This document shows positions 61,895 to 64,000 of a stretch of DNA of 64,000 nucleotides, in pieces (the first letter of the stretch is position 1; the number at the start of each line of letters is the position of its first letter). A model generated the notes under the pieces. That model saw only the letters and a program-made list of their open reading frames with translations. It did not search any database and was not told where the DNA came from. The stretch is from an uncultured Candidatus Saccharibacteria bacterium. GTDB lineage: Bacteria; Patescibacteriota; Minisyncoccia; Minisyncoccales; Staskawiczbacteraceae. The stretch is from positions 9,955 through 73,954 of the forward strand of contig CAZREI010000002.1 in NCBI GenBank assembly GCA_964599285.1, in the 5' to 3' direction. The position numbers and the translations under genes were made by a program.

Positions 61895-61925
61895 CCATCT
61901 TATCACATTGACAGTTTTATGTCAA
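61895..61925 (-). promoter_or_regulatory. promoter TTGACA-17-TAAGAT with palindromic operator ttgacaNNNNNNNtgtcaa
   Basis: On the reverse complement upstream of 61774; palindrome cattgacagttttatgtcaatag. Confidence 0.4.
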
Positions 61926-61930
61926 TAGTT

Positions 61931-61966
61931 TGTAGTAAAATAAAATCCCCTAGCGCTTTGTTTGCA
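61931..61966 (-). terminator. intrinsic terminator after 62003-62437 gene
   Basis: cccctag...ctagggg stem plus T-run on minus strand. Confidence 0.5.
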
Positions 61967-62002
61967 CTAGGGGATACTGTTGCCGACGGCGGTGCCGATG
62001 GC

Positions 62003-62437
62003 CTACGAAAAGATGTGCTCGACCAGTTCGGAGAGCGCCTTCTTGGCCTTGACCCACGGGTCGATGAGGACGACCTGCCAGTCCTTGCGGAGACCGACGT
62101 CGTCGCTGCCGACTTTGGGGAACTCGAGGCGGACGCAGGTCCAGAATGCCTTGTGAATGAGGTCTTCCTCGAGATGAACGGTCGCGTGCTCGCGGATGAT
62201 CTCCTTCTTTTTCTCCTCGGTGATCTTGTCGCCGAGTTCGGGAATCTCCTTCTGTAGCCGGGTGTGCAAAGCCTTCGTTTTCTCCTCGGCGCCCACCATC
62301 ACGACGTAGAGCTTCTTGAGATCGTCGGAAAGAATGCCCACGACTTCTTCGCCTTCCTCTACTCCGTAATCCGGAGACTTCATTCCCTTGAGAGAGACCT
62401 CGGATACCATTCCCATGACCTTCTTGAGAAACAACAT
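62003..62437 (-). CDS. hypothetical protein (144 aa), high GC
   Basis: GGAGG SD; consensus TTGACA-17-TATAAT promoter upstream on minus strand (about 62515-62545). Confidence 0.5.
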   Translation of the reverse strand: MLFLKKVMGMVSEVSLKGMKSPDYGVEEGEEVVGILSDDLKKLYVVMVGAEEKTKALHTRLQKEIPELGDKITEEKKKEIIREHATVHLEEDLIHKAFWTCVRLEFPKVGSDDVGLRKDWQVVLIDPWVKAKKALSELVEHIFS

Positions 62438-62603
62438 GGCAAACCTCCAATGTGTTACTCGAAAACCCTACACCGTGCAGGATTTCAGGGGTAACGAATT
62501 GACGAAATGTTCTGAAAATCATTATATTACAATAGGGTTCTATTGTCAATGGTTTTGGTTTTCTTTGATTAAATTTTAGATTTCCTTGGCTGGTCTGGTA
62601 GGT

Positions 62604-62633
62604 TGACACAGATTTTTATTTTGCTATAATTCC
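62604..62633 (+). promoter_or_regulatory. promoter TTGACA-16-TATAAT facing an ORF-less 400-nt region
   Basis: ttgacacagatttttattttgctataat. Confidence 0.4.
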
Positions 62634-63180
62634 ACTATAAAGCTCTTTGTAATTAACTCCGCTCCGCCTGCAGATGTAACAGCAAATTAGCCTCGGTACC
62701 TGCAGTTCTATGCAAAGATTCTAATATGAGAAATGTAAAAATGCTTATGACCTCCTTAGAATTCAATCTTCTAAAAGACAGTTGTTATTTTCGGAATCAT
62801 TAAATTAGAGGAACGAATGAAGTGCTAAATAGGCGATTTCAAGGATTATTAGAGATGAGTGGAGTTAATTACAGAGAGTTTTTTTAAGTTTTAAACTGGC
62901 GATAAACTTATTGGCCCTACATTAGGAAACTGCTGCAAATACCAAATTTTGATATCATTCCAGTGAGTTCTAATATTGTTTTCTTGCCAGAGCAAATGAA
63001 AATCTCCTTTACGGAGGTTTTTATTTTGCTTTAATGTTATTATTTGTAGAAATAAATTTGACATATTTATATATAAATATTATATATAATACATACAATT
63101 ACATAATATTGCAGGACAAAACTTGACAACAGTACATGATAGAATATATGATTGATTCAAATACATAAAAGCATATCATT

Positions 63181-63921
63181 ATGGAAATCATACCACTATT
63201 AAAAAAGTTCGGGCTTAGTGAAAAAGAAATCAAGGTATATTTGGCTTTGTTGGAATACGGCCCCGCTTCCGTAAGAAAATCAGCACAAATAAGCGGCGTT
63301 AATCGAGGGACCGCCTACGATATTTTAAAATCTTTAAAAACAATGGGGCTTATCAGTTATTACCACAAGGGTGCAAAACAAATGTTTGCTGCTGAAGATC
63401 CTAGGAAATTTTTAGACGCTATTAATGAAAAAGAACAAAACCTCATTACCGTAAGACAAGATATGCAAAACGCCATACCGCTACTTCAATCCTTGTATAG
63501 CAAGGCAGGCAGCAAGCCGACGGTGAAATTTTATGAAGGCATTAAAGCAATGAAAACTATTTTGCAAGATGTGCTTGAGGTTACTGAACATTCGAAAGAA
63601 AAAACGTACTATATCTTTTCTTCTTCCACGATTCGCCCTTACCTGCACCAGGCGTGGCCGCTTTTTACAACAGAAAGAGTTAAAAGAGGTATTTACGTTA
63701 AGTCGATTGGGCTGGGCCACACTGGCACCAAAGCTCCCCTGGCAGAGAGAAAAGGAATTACCGAAAAGCAGGGCCCTCCTACGTACTTTTTAATTTATCC
63801 GGGCAAGGTAGCCATGATTTCAGTTAATGAACACAAAGAATTGATGGGATTAATCGTACAAGATCAGGCAATGTTTGAATCGCAATTACAGATTTTCAAT
63901 TACATTTGGCAGACCCTGTAA
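63181..63921 (+). CDS. TrmB-family transcriptional regulator
   Basis: N-terminal wHTH FGLSEKEIKVYLALLEYGPASVRKSAQISGVNRGTAYDILKSL. Confidence 0.7.
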   Translation: MEIIPLLKKFGLSEKEIKVYLALLEYGPASVRKSAQISGVNRGTAYDILKSLKTMGLISYYHKGAKQMFAAEDPRKFLDAINEKEQNLITVRQDMQNAIPLLQSLYSKAGSKPTVKFYEGIKAMKTILQDVLEVTEHSKEKTYYIFSSSTIRPYLHQAWPLFTTERVKRGIYVKSIGLGHTGTKAPLAERKGITEKQGPPTYFLIYPGKVAMISVNEHKELMGLIVQDQAMFESQLQIFNYIWQTL

Positions 63922-64000
63922 AACCGTGAGTTACGAAATAGTTTGAAGGGGCTGTCACATCGCTCTTTTACAATTCCATAAAACAAAGAAAGGACCATGG

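Noticed and set aside
62668-62700. Polylinker-like string gcctcggtacctgcag (KpnI/PstI sites) as vector contamination
   Set aside because: Only a 16-nt resemblance to pUC multiple cloning site; surrounding sequence is not vector-like.

Overview
The window looks like a low-GC (about 40% by eye) genome resembling Candidate Phyla Radiation (CPR) bacteria (assignment from gene content and composition only).

Conserved genes, all on the minus strand:
- 85-11430: spc/S10 ribosomal-protein cluster, S10-L3-L4-L23-L2-S19-L22-S3-L16-L29-S17-L14-L24-L5-S14(Z)-S8-L6-L18-S5.
- 11495-18425: str operon S12-S7-EF-G-EF-Tu. A RelE/ParE toxin-antitoxin cassette sits between S7 and EF-G.
- 29723-37155: F1Fo ATP synthase operon atpBEFHAG-[mazG-like]-atpD-atpC.

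Mobile or foreign-looking segments:
- 53647-54010: an intron-containing tRNA.
- 54056-58394: a copper-efflux cluster (HMA/CcdA-like, cupredoxin-like, CopA) bracketed by a 15-bp direct repeat of the tRNA 3' end.
- 59100-62450: an abrupt high-GC (~58%) island. It encodes a proteasomal ARC/Mpa-type AAA ATPase with a poly-C frameshift, a Pup-like small protein and a DUF1360 membrane protein.

Other notable operons:
- 37235-43367 (minus strand): methyltransferase / E1-like ThiF-family / tandem nitroreductase / histidine kinase / two REC-only response regulators / membrane protein.
- 43483-45574 (plus strand): GreA-like / dTMP-kinase-like / MoaA-like radical-SAM. The cluster-binding Cys loop of the radical-SAM protein appears displaced to the C-terminus.

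Pervasive intergenic structure:
- At least 13 families of inverted-repeat elements occupy nearly every gene junction and often reach start codons. This produces spurious ORF-track N-termini such as MYIRDYSK.
- Small opposite-strand genes sit in intergenic gaps of the conserved operons. Each has a consensus promoter, strong SD and intrinsic terminator, whereas host genes mostly lack SD.
- A conserved RNA-like motif occurs twice, with compensatory hairpins.

No rRNA genes or CRISPR arrays were seen.
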